From contig CM075980.1 in assembly GCA_038087875.1 (NCBI GenBank), positions 71,114,001 to 71,178,000 of the forward strand: DNA of 64,000 bases. Reading direction: 5' to 3'. Both the position numbers and the translations under genes were made by a program. The stretch's first letter is position 1, and the number at the start of each line of letters is the position of its first letter. The stretch is from Malacoraja senta. Lineage: Eukaryota. Below the pieces are notes generated by a model that saw only the letters and a list, made by a program, of their open reading frames with translations, did not search any database and had not been told where the DNA came from. Of this stretch, positions 51,835 through 63,623 are shown piece by piece.

Positions 51835-52752
51835 TCGGTGGGGGCGCTGCGAGAATGCTGCCCTGCCAGCAGCATGTTTGTTATTTCTACTTTTTTGTTT
51901 TTTTTTGTGTGTCCAAATGTTTGTTTTAGTGCCTCTCGGTGTGTCTTGTGTGGGGGGTGGTGAGGGGAGGTATGGGAGGAACCGTTTGTGGTCGCCTCCT
52001 CCACGGAGAGGCGGCTTTTTCCATGTCACCTCCCTCGCGGCCTAACACAATGGATTGGAGCGGCCTTTCCCGGAGTCGGGCCCGGAGTTTCAGTAGCAGA
52101 CGCAGCGTGGACTTTTCATCGTGGAGCGGGCGAGCCCTTGCCAGGGGTCGCCAGAAGGGAGTGCTCCGATCGCTGGCCCGCGGACTGTTACATCCTGAAG
52201 CTGCGGTCTGCGGAGCTTCTAGCCGCAGGCGCGGCATCCGGAGCGTGGGATTCCTTGTTGGGGTTCCCCGGAGAAGCGCTCCGATCGCCGGCCCGCGGCC
52301 TATAACATCCTGAAGCCGTGCTCTGCGGAGCTTCTAGCCGCGGGTGTGGCGTGGACTTACCATCCGGAGCCTGGGTTCCCTCGTCGGGGACAGCCAGAGA
52401 AGAGCTCCGACCACCGGCCTGCGGCCTGCAACATCCTGAAGCCGTGGTCTCCGGTAGGAAACTGCCGATTCCGGACCTCCAAGCGAGTGTGTTCGACCGT
52501 CCCGACGAGAGGGCCTGTACATCCGGCCGCCCGTAGCGGCGACTGAGGAGGTTTATGGCCCCGACCACGGGTGAACAATGGAGGAGGACTGACTGTACTT
52601 TGTGCCTTCCACCACGGTGAAGAATGCTGTGGTGGATGTTTGTGTTAAATCTTATTGTGCATTGTGTGTTCTTTTTTGATTGTGCTGCTGCTGGCAAATT
52701 CATTTCACTGCACTTATATGTGTATGTGACGAATAAAACTGATTGATTGATT
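51835..52752 (+). mobile_element. Composite GC-rich non-autonomous retroposon with ~120-bp internal repeats
   Basis: 5' GGGGCGCTGCGAGAATGCTGCCCTGCCAGCAGC; three ACATCCTGAAGC units; LINE-like 3' end; AATAAA and (GATT)n tail. Confidence 0.75.
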
Positions 52753-53636
52753 AATTGATAGATGAGATCAAATGGATCATGTGGCAGTTAGAAGCATCAT
52801 TTTTCTAGCCTTATCCGGTTTTATAATTACTGAACTTACTTAAATCACTTGTAATCTAATTTAAAGTGATGACTTTGCAATATTAAGGCGGCAGCCACAG
52901 ACTCCATCCGAGAAAGGGGGAAAGTGCAGAAGGACTGATCACTCAGGCTAGAGGGGATGTGAAACTCAAAGTTAGTTCAAGGTGGAAGCTATTGTTTGTG
53001 CCAGAAATCTTTTAACTTATAAGTAAGACCGAAAGTTGCTGCTGTCAGGAAAGATGAACGTCATTCATAAGTAGTTGGACAATAGATGGACAACAGATGA
53101 CAGAGAGGAAAGGAGTGATTGGTCACCCACCGAAAGTCATCTTTCATTAGATCTGAAGAACCCAATTCTGTAAAACAAGGAACCGAAGAGTCTGAAAAAT
53201 GGTCCTGACCCGAAACCTCGCCAATCCATGTGTCTGCCTGACCCGCTGAGTTACTCCAGCACTTTGTGTCTATTAAAGGTCCCCTTCATGCAAAATGTTC
53301 AAAACAGATTTGACTAAACAAGAGTATTAACCAGTCAATGAGAACTTATTCCCATTAACTAAGAGCAAGGATACCAGAGAGCTTGTAGATAATTATTGAT
53401 ATCTTGCAACAAGTCGTTAAGAACTTGGAATATGCTGAAGGAAAAGTCATGGATTTGAAACATTAACTCTCTTTTTAATCTAATCTCGTTAGAGTTTTGG
53501 CAGATATGACCTCTAAAAGAGTTGTGAATGGCTCTGTTTTTAGCAGTAGAGTGAAAGGTAAGTGTATCCTAGTGCCAGCTGTTACATGAAAAATACCGGT
53601 ACCTCTCAAGCTCAGATATTTCAACATCCAAAATAG

Positions 53637-53865
53637 GATTGTTAATTTTAGTCTGTTGGTAAAAATCCGTGTAGCTGGCAATAATGCAATTAGCAGCCTC
53701 ATGTTAAATGTAGAGGGCAGGGTATTGGCTAATCTTGCCTTGCAAACACATGATTGTTGTGATCGCCTGCCCTCTGCATTTACAGCAAGGCTGCCAATTG
53801 CATTATTGCCAGCTATACTGGTGTCTTGATAAAGGATTTTTACCAGCTGAGTAAAAAAAGCAATC
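53637..53865. repeat. Imperfect palindrome, probably an old MITE
   Basis: GGTAAAAATCC/GGATTTTTACC, TAGCTGGCAATAATGCAATT/AATTGCATTATTGCCAGCTA, AGAGGGCAGG/CCTGCCCTCT. Confidence 0.7.
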
Positions 53866-54572
53866 TGTGGAATTCATTGCCACAGAAGGCTGTGGAGGCC
53901 AAGTCAATGTATAGTTTTAAAGCTGAGATAGATAGATTCTTGATTAGTATGGGTGTCAGGGGTTATGGGGAGAAGACAGGAGAATGGGATTAGGAGGCCA
54001 TGATAGAATGGTGGTGTAGACTTGGTGGGCCGAATGGCCTAATTCTGCTCCTATCACTATGAATGTATGAACCACCCTAATGGCCTGATGATACACACCA
54101 CGAGGCAAGCTTCCCCTCAGTTTCTAATTGTCTCCGGTGATCAGAACCATTTGGGATGTTGGAGAATTTATTGAAACTGATTGAAACCTCATTGAAACAT
54201 ACAGAATAGTGAAAGGCTTGGTTAGAATGGATGTGGAGAGGATGTTTCCACTAGTGTGAGAGTCTAGGATTAAAAGTCATAGCCTCAGAATTAAAGGACG
54301 TTCTTTTAGGAAGGAGATGAGGAGAAATTTCTTTAGTCAGAGGGTGGTGAATCCGTGGAATTCTTTGCCACAGAAGGCTGTGAAGGCCGTCAGTGGATAT
54401 TTTTAAGGCAGAGATTGATAGATTCTTCATTAGTACAGGTGTCAGAGGTTATGGGGAGAAGGCAGGAGAATGGGGTTAGGAGGGAAAGATAGATCAACCA
54501 TGATTGAATGGTGGAGTAAACTTGATGGACCGAATGGCCTAATTCTACTCCTATCACTTATGACCTTATGAC
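53862..54572 (+). mobile_element. Two CR1 3' fragments
   Basis: LIETYRIVKGL..MFPLV.ESR..; TATGACCT tail. Confidence 0.82.
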
Positions 54573-55354
54573 CTGGCACGACTTCACAGTTAGTTAAAAG
54601 TGAAATTGCTCAGTGCCGACAAACCCAGAAGCTGCAGGATCCCGTTCCTTGATTGGTAGTTTTTCTTTACTCATGGGACACCATGTTTTACTAACACATT
54701 TCCCCAGAAACTGTGCAAAACTCCAACTGCTATTTCTCTTTTGGCTTCACTGAAATCTGTGACCATCCATTTCCTTAAAAACATGGAGATCAGAGTCAAT
54801 AACATGCTCAGTTTCAAGTCCTAGTATCATCAGAAATGGAAAGCAAGGGAACTTACAGATAGTTGATGTTGAATACCATTGGACTGACACACATTCACAT
54901 TAGTTAATAACCTTGTTCATGCCAAGTACTGAACATCTCCAAGTGAATCTAACTACCCATCCTTGACATTCAGCGGCATTACTGTCACTGAGTCTCCAAA
55001 CATCAATATTCTGTAGGTCACAATTGACCAGAAACTTAACAAGTCCAGCGAAATACTTACTGGCAACAAGAGCAGGTCAGAGGATGGGTATCCTACATCA
55101 AATGACTCACACCTTGACGCCCCAAACTCTTTATACTGCCGTATAAACACATATCAAGATTATCAAGATTATCAAAATGCTGAGAGGACCACTCTATGCT
55201 TAGCTGGATAAGCATAGCTCTAACATTTCCCAAGAAACTCAACACCGTCTAGGATAAAAGAGTCTGCTTGATTGGTACTCATTCTTCTCTGTATTCTGGA
55301 TTACTCTGACCTGCCCAAACCATCAACCTCTACCAGCAAGAAGACATGGGGTAG

Positions 55355-55497
55355 AGACCCTTCTTCAGGTTCAGAGGGTCTCGACCCAAAATGTCACCTA
55401 TTCCTTTTCTCCAGAGATGCTGCCTGATCCGTTGAGTTACTCCAGCATTTGTGTCTATCTTTGGTGTAAACCAGCATCTGCAGTTCCTTCTTACACA
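55355..55497. mobile_element. PLE hairpin-type element inside an old LINE remnant (about 54950-55745)
   Basis: GGGTCTCGACCCAAAATGTCACC..GAGTTACTCCAGC..GCATCTGCAGTTCCTTCTTACA. Confidence 0.7.
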
Positions 55498-56067
55498 GAA
55501 GACCAAGGGCAGCAGGTGCATGGGAACACCACCACTTGCAAGTTCCCCTTCAAGCTGAACACTTCTCTGACTTGGAAGTACATGTTTTTTCCTTCATCAT
55601 TGCCAGAGTTATAGAAGTCCCTCCCACCAACAATGTAGAAGTATCTACCTTCATCAAAAGGGTTGCAGCAGATGGAGGAAGTGTCTTGCTGGCAAGGTGA
55701 GTCTGGGGCAGCATGAACTGCTGATCCTCTCAGCAATGCCCACTGCCTGAAAAACAAATGAATAAATAGATTCATGGTGTGCATGTCCTGATTCCACCAC
55801 AGCTTGTTGTCACCACTCTGAAGGGTGCAGATCTTGATGTATTTTCAAGCAAACTCAGTGCATTTCCAATTCAGCCGGTCTCTGTCTGAGTTCTTACGAA
55901 GTTCAATATGTTCACAGTGACAAGAATTCTCATTGCCAGAGGGAGCTGACACGAGCTGCAATAACTCTAGTTTCCATTCAGACAGGAGAATCACATTTAA
56001 TTGCCTACCTGAGCTGCATCTCAAACTCGCCTCTGCTGATACCCTCTGCTTTCCCACTTATTATTGT

Positions 56068-56411
56068 ATTGTTACAAAATCATGGGAGGAATAGACGCAC
56101 TGAGTCTCTTGCCCAGAGTAGGGGAATCAAGAATCAGAGGACATAAAGTTAAGGTAAGGGGGGAAAGATTTAATAGGGACCCGAGGGGTAACCTTTTCAT
56201 GCAAAGGGTATTAGGTGTATGGAATGAGCTGCCGAAAGAGGTAGTTGAGGCAGGTACTATTGCAACTTTTAAGAAACATTTAGACAGGTACATGGATAGG
56301 AAAGGTTTAGAGGGATATGGGCCATATGCAGGCAGGTGGGACTAGTGTCGATGGGACAACTTGGGCCGAAGGGCCTGTTTCCACACTGTGAGACTCTATG
56401 ACACTATGACT
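56068..56411 (+). mobile_element. CR1 LINE 3' end (the subfamily sharing its tail with the SINE)
   Basis: YKIMGGID..LLPRVGESRIRGH..WNELP; GGGCCGAAGGGCCTGTTTCC tail shared with the SINEs. Confidence 0.85.
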
Positions 56412-57210
56412 TAAATAGCGTTCTTCATTCTGCCGATAAATCTCTATTCCGCGTTCTATTCTGAAACCTCCCTTTCCTCATATTGCAGCAAGCTGATCCA
56501 AACTCATTTACCCTGGGATTGTTGTAACTATCCTGATGATAATTCTCTTCTTGGGAAGATTACCCAGCTAGATCCCAGCAATGCAAGTCTTTGTTCACAA
56601 CAAGTTTCTGTTTTTAAGGTTTGTTCATTGAATCCTATGAGCTGCAAAATGGTGGGAAGAATTTTGATTAACTTACTGGCCTGCTCGAAATACCAGGATG
56701 CATTCGAAACAACAGGGCAATTCATTATTGTGCTATAGATATATCGTCTCAAATAGTCCTTTGTGAACAGATTTCTCTTCCACATTTAGATGTGAAAATC
56801 TTGCTACCCACAGTGTTATTGGCCTGCACTGAGTCACAGCAGTTCACTTCTGTATTGAGTGATGGCATATACATGAATACATTTGAATCTGTTCATCAAG
56901 AGGTCCATACATCTGTTAAGAAGCCTGGTGTGACCATTAAATGTACTAATCACTTGAAATGTATTTTGCTAATGCATTAAATTATAAATTAATGCTGCTT
57001 TGTTTTCAGGAAGAACCAGGTTTTGTTACAAACTTTCCATCAGTTTTTTTCCCCTTTGATCAATTTCATTGAGGTTAAAGAACAACCTGCTGAGATCTGT
57101 TAGATTTTTCTCAAAGCGGCCTCTCTAGTGCATGTTCTGTGCATTTAGGAAACGGAACACCAATAGTCAATATATTATCAAGATCTCTTGAGAATGGGGG
57201 TTTGCAAGAT

Positions 57211-57211
<1 letters not shown>

Positions 57212-57244
<33 letters not shown>
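57212..57244. repeat. (GA)n microsatellite
   Basis: Direct reading. Confidence 0.95.
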
Positions 57245-57246
<2 letters not shown>

Positions 57247-58319
57247 GTGATTTAACTGCAAGCGCACAAATATTCAGCTGCACAGCTCCTACAATATCGA
57301 CCTATCACGCTTCCAAAATAGCAGGCAGAAACTATGCTCTCGTCCAAGTTAGAAGCACCAACACTGGAAAAGAAAACTATATTTCTTTTGTGTATCTTTC
57401 CAAAAAAGACCTTGGGATCGTGGGATTTGGATTAACATGGAACAAAAGAATAACTCACACAGTCTGTTCTCAGGTCAAATATTTATTCAATCGATCTTTT
57501 ATTTTGAAGCGGGAGAGAGAAGCCCTTTCTATTTATATGTAAGGTAGAAACATTTTGCCAATATGCAGACATTCAGTCATTGCCTTCTGACCAACCCAAG
57601 AGTAGAAAGGCTCGATTGTAATTATGTATTGTCTTTCCACTCACTGGTTAGCACGCAACAAAATCTTTTCACTGTACCTCGATACATGTGACAATAAACT
57701 AAATTTAAACTCAAACTCAAAGCATGTGATCAATTGCTTCTGGCATCACCACCCCCACTTGGTCATCTTGTGTTCACAGACCTCTGTCCTTGGTCAGGTC
57801 AGACAGTCTCACACCTAAGGTACCTCTTTGTTCAGCTCAGGCACTGGTTACCATGGTGATCCTGCCTGGAGCAGGCCCAATATCTCCAGTTGCCATGCTC
57901 TTCAAAGGTGTATTGTGGTAATCTAAAACTCTATTGAACAGACCAGGTTTTACTTAAGTGATAGGGCAGAAATTATTTTGTCTAAAACTGTGTAAAACAA
58001 TAAATGTTAACCAATATGTTCTCCCTTGGCTAGGATGTATTCTATTGAGCTGATCTCTAGAAGTGTGAACTAATGAGAGTAGGGCAAAGGCAAGGTATTT
58101 AAGAGGTTTTGAGATGGACACATGGATGTCCAGGGAATGGAGGGATATAGATCACTCACATGCAGAGGAGATTAGTTTAATTTAGCAACGTATTCGGCTT
58201 TGGCATTATGGGCCGGTGTGCCTGTTCCTGTGTGGTACTATGTTCTAAAACCCTGAGTTCATGTTTCATCTCTCTCTCTCTCTGTTTGCCACAACTAATT
58301 AAAAACCGCAGGTTTTTAA

Positions 58320-58952
58320 AATTTTGTTCAGAGATACAACGTGGAAACAGTCCACCAAGTCCATGCCGACCTGCGATCTCCACACACTAACACTATCCTA
58401 CACACACTGGGTATAATTTTACAAGTTTACAAGTTTGCAAAGCCAATTAGCCTACAAACCTGTTCATCTTTGGAGTGTGAGAGGAAACCGCAGCTCTCGG
58501 AGAAAACTCACGCAGGTCACAGGGAGAACGCACAAACTCCATACAGATAATGTTGTGGGCAGCAGCACGGTGGCGCAGTGGTAGAGTTGCTGCCTCACAC
58601 CGCTTACAGCACCAGAGAATCCGAGTTCAATCCCGACTACGGGCGCTGTCTGTACAGAGTTCGTATCTTCTTCCCGTGACCATGTGGGTTTTCTCCAAGA
58701 TTTCATCCCACACTCCAAAGACGTTCAGGTTTAAAGGTTAATTGGCTTGCTCGAAGTGTAGATTGCACAAAGTGTGTGAAGGATAGTGTTAATATGCGGG
58801 GATCGCTGGCCAGTACGCACTCAGTGGGCCAAAGGGCCTCTTTCCGCACTGTATCTCTAAACTAAATTAAACTAAGACAGCACCCATAGTCAGGATCGAA
58901 CCCGGGACTCTGCCGCTGTGATGTAGCAACTCTACTGCTATGTCACCGTGCT
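58320..58952. mobile_element. Minus-strand V-SINE interrupted by a plus-strand V-SINE (about 58560-58875)
   Basis: The outer SINE ..CATACAGA / GACAGCACCC.. is split by a complete SINE in the opposite orientation. Confidence 0.85.
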
Positions 58953-60218
58953 GTTGTTTCGGTCAGCATCTCAGATCTCTGAGATTCAATCTTACTTCCT
59001 GACCACTGAAAATTATAAAATATAGCCTTGGGTAATTGCAAAGCTGGCACAAGTAAGACCCTTTAATCTGATACTCCTACTTTGCACCTCTTGATAAGAC
59101 AACTGCTATTGCTGTTCAGAGTTTAACAAGTGTCAGGACTTTCAGTGGATTGACATGTATCCCGGACAACACAATTGTTTGTTGAAATATACATTTAGAT
59201 GCTTCTACCTTGAGGCTGAGATCACAGATAGGGTTTGGCACAAACAAACCCGACAGTTCCAGGGCAATGCTGTGGACATGCTAGTAAAATGATACTATTT
59301 GTCATACTTTGAACTATGAATGATGGAAGTGATGGGTGATGTCAACAAATGGACAGGTAACGGAGTGCATGGTTATGGGGTGTCAATAACTGAGCCGTTC
59401 CACATAAAACAGGGGGAAACCATCTAAAAGTGGGCTGAGATGATATATGTGGAGAACGGTCTAACTTCTGTAAAACAAGTTGCTGATTCACATCGCGGAT
59501 ATATTCATGGTCACATCAATTGCCTAATTTCTCTTTGGTTAAAACAATTTCCATTCTGCAAAGTCGAGTTTGCAGGAGTTTTCAATCCTTCTGTGCAAAG
59601 ACAGACCTGGGAAGGAGTCTATTTACTTTCTGTGAGGCTGTGAGCTTCCACTGTGGGAGAAATACATTATCATCTCAGAACAAAGAAGAGGCTACATTGA
59701 ACCCCAGCACCTCTCACTGTCAGCATGATTAGTTTGACCCTTCATGCAGGAAGATAAAAGAGTTAGTGCACGTCAGGAGTGGGTTAGGCCTAATTTTCCA
59801 GCCATCATCCAACATTACCTCAAAATTAAAGGTGTTCGTCTGCATACTATGAGCCTGTAGAATAATAATAATAATAATACATTTTATTTATGGGCGCCTT
59901 TCAAACCTCAAGGACACCTTACAGATTTTACAGTAAACGGAATGAAATAAATAGTAAAGACATCACAAGTACACAAATTAAAACAGAATTTTTAAAAAAT
60001 CACAAAAATCAAAAACACAGTATGATGGGAGTAATACTGGATTTAATTATACACAATGTGAATATAATACTGCATGAGCCTGTAGTCATTTACAGTGAAT
60101 CTGGGTTCAGATTCAGGCTTTCCACAGAAAACATCAGTAAATTGCCTAAATTCCCTCGATCTTGAGTTTTTATAGATCCAGTTTTCTGTACAAAATTGTA
60201 CTTTTACCATCTAGTCAT

Positions 60219-61089
60219 TTAGATAGATAGATAGATAGATAGATAGACATTTATTGTCACATACACCAAATGGTGCAGTGAAATTTGACTTGCCAATGCA
60301 GCACACAAATAAAGATTACATCCAAGAATTTAACAACATAAAAACATCCCCCCACAATGGTTCCCACTGTGGGGGAAGGCAGCAAAGTCCAGTCCCATCC
60401 CCAGTTCACCCATAGTCGGGGCCTATTCAGGCCTCTGCAGTCGCCGATACGGCAGCCCGATGCCTCAGGCCCTCTCGCCGGATGATGAAGCTCCGGCGTC
60501 GGGTGAACACTCTCAGCGGCCCGGAGTGTCTGGAGCAGCTGCTTCCTCCCAGTAGACCACGGCTCCCGAAGTCCACGAGCCGCGCTGGTCGATGCTCCGA
60601 CTCTGGCAACCTCGTCGTGAGATCCCAGGCTCCGCGGTGTTTAGGGTTCAGTGCCGCCCGCGGCTGGAAGCTCCGCAGACCGCTGACCGCAGACCACAGC
60701 TCCGCGATGTTGGTGCCGGCTGTCACAGCACTCCGGAGCCTACTGCACGGCGACCCGGGTTGGGCATCGCCCACTCCGTGATGGTGCTTCAGCGCTGTGC
60801 CGCCGCCGAAGCTGAAGTCCTGGCCGGTCCCGGCAGGAAAACGCCGCTCCAGTCTGCCCGTAGGCCGCGAGGAAGGGGCGAAGATACGGCTCGGAGAAAA
60901 GCCGCAACTCCGACCAGGTAGGTACTGAGAAAATAGTTTCCCCCTAACCCCACCCCCCACCCCCCACCCCCCACATAAAAAGACTAAAGACCTCCAAAAC
61001 AAACACTTTCAACTAACTAAAAATAAAAAAAGGGTGAAAAAACTAACAGCTGCTGGCAGGGCAGCCATACTCGACGGCGCCCCAGGTGG
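60219..61089 (-). mobile_element. Composite GC-rich non-autonomous retroposon
   Basis: (CTAT)n tail; ATTTAGA at both boundaries (candidate TSD); homologous to 26483-27327. Confidence 0.78.
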
Positions 61090-61395
61090 ATTTAGAGACA
61101 CATACTTTGTTATAGCTGTTATTAGCAATAGCTGTGATTTCAGCTTACTACAGGCAGAATACTACAGTCCACATCACACATCCTTAAATGCACCTTGTCT
61201 GCTCTTGCTGTCTGATATTCTCCTTTCCTATACAGCTATATATCGCCCTCAGGCTAGCACAGTATTGCAGCTGATAGAGCTGCTGCCTCCCAGTACCAGA
61301 GACCCATGTTCAATCCTGACCTCAAGGCTGTTGACTGTGTGGAGTTTGCACATTCTCCCTGTGAATGTGTGGGTTTCCTCTGAGTGCTCGTGTCC

Positions 61396-63623
61396 GTGAA
61401 GGTTGGAGAGAAGCAGCAGCCAGAAGCAGCGAGAGCGAGTATTGGCTGGAAGTAGGTGAGTCAGAAGGAAAGAAGATTTAAAAAGAGCGCCAAAGGCCTG
61501 GGTTCGAGTAACTTACAAATTAGCCCAAAAGTAGTTGATTAGGAAACAGATAAAGAAGTGAAGCTGTAACGGAGTGGCCTTGTTGGGAGCGGCCTTGTTG
61601 AGGTGAAGTGCCTTGGTGAGTAAAGTGTGACTCTTTAGCTTGAGAGTCTTCAGCGAGGAGGCTGAGGCAAGGAGGCTACACTTGATCAAAATTTGTGATT
61701 TGTGATTTTTGTCCACTGAAGAAATGGCAGGTAAGTTGGTACTGTGTGCTTCCTGCAGGGTGTGGGAAGTCAGGGATACCGCTGGTGCTTCTGGAAACTA
61801 CACCTGCAGAAATTGTGTCCAGGTGCAGCTCCTGAAAGTGTTGGGGAACTGGAGAAACAGCTGGATGACCTCCGGGCCCTCCGGGAAAATGAGTGTTTCC
61901 TGGACAGGACCTACAGTGAGGTTTCTTGGTTTCTTGGTTTCTTGGTCCTCCAAAATATTCCAAATGGAATTTAAACTGGAGGTGGTGGAGGGAGGACTTA
62001 AGCCAGAAAGGGTTTTTGGGAAGAAAGAGCTACCTTAAATTTAGTTGCATCTGGTTGGGTAACTATGGTAGGGTGAAGATTATTCCATGCTTTAATTGTG
62101 CGGGGGAAGAATGAATTGCTGTACACATCTGTCTTGGTAGCTGGAATCTCAAATTGGATCGAATGTCCTCGTCTGCTCCTAATTGGTTTGGGTTTGGTGT
62201 AGGTCTTGTAATCTATGTTGAGCTGACCATTTAACATTTTGTAAAAACAGGTCAAACGGTGAGCTTCACGTCTGTCTTGGAGAGGGTTCCACCCCAGAGA
62301 ATTCAGAAGTTTGGTAACAGTCGCTTCTCTCTCATAGGTGTTAGTAACAAATCCAGCTGCCTGTCTTTGGACACGTTCGATGGAAGAAATGTTTTTATTT
62401 GTGTATGGGTCCCATGCTGCAACTGCGTAGTCCAAATGAGGTCTAACGAGGGTGAAGTATAGCTTCTCCTTGACAGAAGTTGAACAATGATGAAAGTTGC
62501 GTCTCAGAAAATTTAGGACACCTGTTGCTTTCACCGTTGAATGATGAGTCTGACCATTCCAACGCAGATCATTCTGCAATTTGATGCCAAGATACTTGGT
62601 TTGTTTGGATTCTTCAAGGGTGGTACCAAGTATATTGTACGATGTTTTGCCTGGATTCCTCTTTCTGGTGACACGCATGGTTTCACATTTGGAAGGGTTG
62701 AACTGCATGCCCCATTGGTGTGACCACTCAACCATTGTATCGAGGTCCTTATGGAGAGCATCTTCATCATCAGCTGACTTAATTGGACGGTACAGCAAAC
62801 AATCATCAGCGAATAGTCTGGTCGTGCTTGCGACTTTTTCATGGATGTCGTTTATGTAAAGCAAAAACAGATGTGGGCCAAGTACTGTGCCCTGAGGTGT
62901 ACCACTCAACACTGGATGCCAATTGGAGCTCTTTCCGTTCACACACACACGCTGAAGACGTTTTGTCAGGAAACTGGAAATCCATCGTTTCGTGTTGGAA
63001 CGAATACCATAGAAGTCAAGCTTCCAAAGCAGTCTCTGGTGTGGGATGACATCAAATGCTTTAGAAAAGTCCAGCACTACTAAATCCGTGATGACATTAC
63101 CATCAAGATGTTTGGCCAGGTCATTTGTCGTCAGGATAAGCTGAGACTCACATGATCTATGCCTCCTAAATGCATGTTGGTTGTCAGCAAGAATATTATG
63201 TGGTTGTCACGCTATGGATACAGGAAGAGTGAAGGTGGGCGACTGTGAGAAAGGAGAGTAAACGTGGAGTGCAGGGGTGATGGCTGTACCTAATGAAAAA
63301 TGGTACACCCTCTTGGGAGCTGTCGGGGCGGACGATGCTTCCAGTCCGAGCGGCGGACAGATCGGTGGCTCCAATCCTAGTGATGAGACTCGACCGACGT
63401 CAGGCAGAGCCATAGTACTGGGTGACCCATTGTCCGAGGTGCAGACAGGATATACTGTGGCGGCAGGCGAGACCTGAGGATGGTCTGTTGGTGCCAGAGT
63501 TCAAGATGACTCGGACCAACTTCAGAACATCCTCGAGAGGGAAGGTGAGTAGTTGTGCATGTGGGCACAAACGACGTAGAGAAGAAGAGGAAGGAGGTTC
63601 TGCTACGCGAGTTTAGAGAGTTA
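61396..63623 (+). pseudogene. CR1 LINE 5' UTR and disrupted ORF1 (zinc finger/leucine zipper plus SGNH esterase)
   Basis: ATG at 61724, MAGKLVLCASC..YTCRNC; later AIVLGD.IVRGADR and VHVGTND; interrupted at 61924-63205 and at 63624. Confidence 0.8.
61998..63200 (-). CDS. Non-LTR retrotransposon RT plus C-terminal domain (CR1-group, distinct from the resident CR1); 5'-truncated but uninterrupted
   Basis: NQHAFRRHRSCESQL, LDFSKAFD, PQGTVLGPHLFLLYINDI, LFADDCLLY, SFFPRTIKAWNNL; short 3' UTR and (ACCAAGAA)n tail at about 61922-61946. Confidence 0.9.
   Translation of the reverse strand, partial: HNILADNQHAFRRHRSCESQLILTTNDLAKHLDGNVITDLVVLDFSKAFDVIPHQRLLWKLDFYGIRSNTKRWISSFLTKRLQRVCVNGKSSNWHPVLSGTPQGTVLGPHLFLLYINDIHEKVASTTRLFADDCLLYRPIKSADDEDALHKDLDTMVEWSHQWGMQFNPSKCETMRVTRKRNPGKTSYNILGTTLEESKQTKYLGIKLQNDLRWNGQTHHSTVKATGVLNFLRRNFHHCSTSVKEKLYFTLVRPHLDYAVAAWDPYTNKNISSIERVQRQAAGFVTNTYEREATVTKLLNSLGWNPLQDRREAHRLTCFYKMLNGQLNIDYKTYTKPKPIRSRRGHSIQFEIPATKTDVYSNSFFPRTIKAWNNLHPTIVTQPDATKFKVALSSQKPFLA

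Noticed and set aside
51926-52703. Arg/Pro/Ala-rich ORFs in GC-rich blocks (also 26500-27307 and 60427-61002)
   Set aside because: No recognisable domains, and frames are not conserved between homologous copies.
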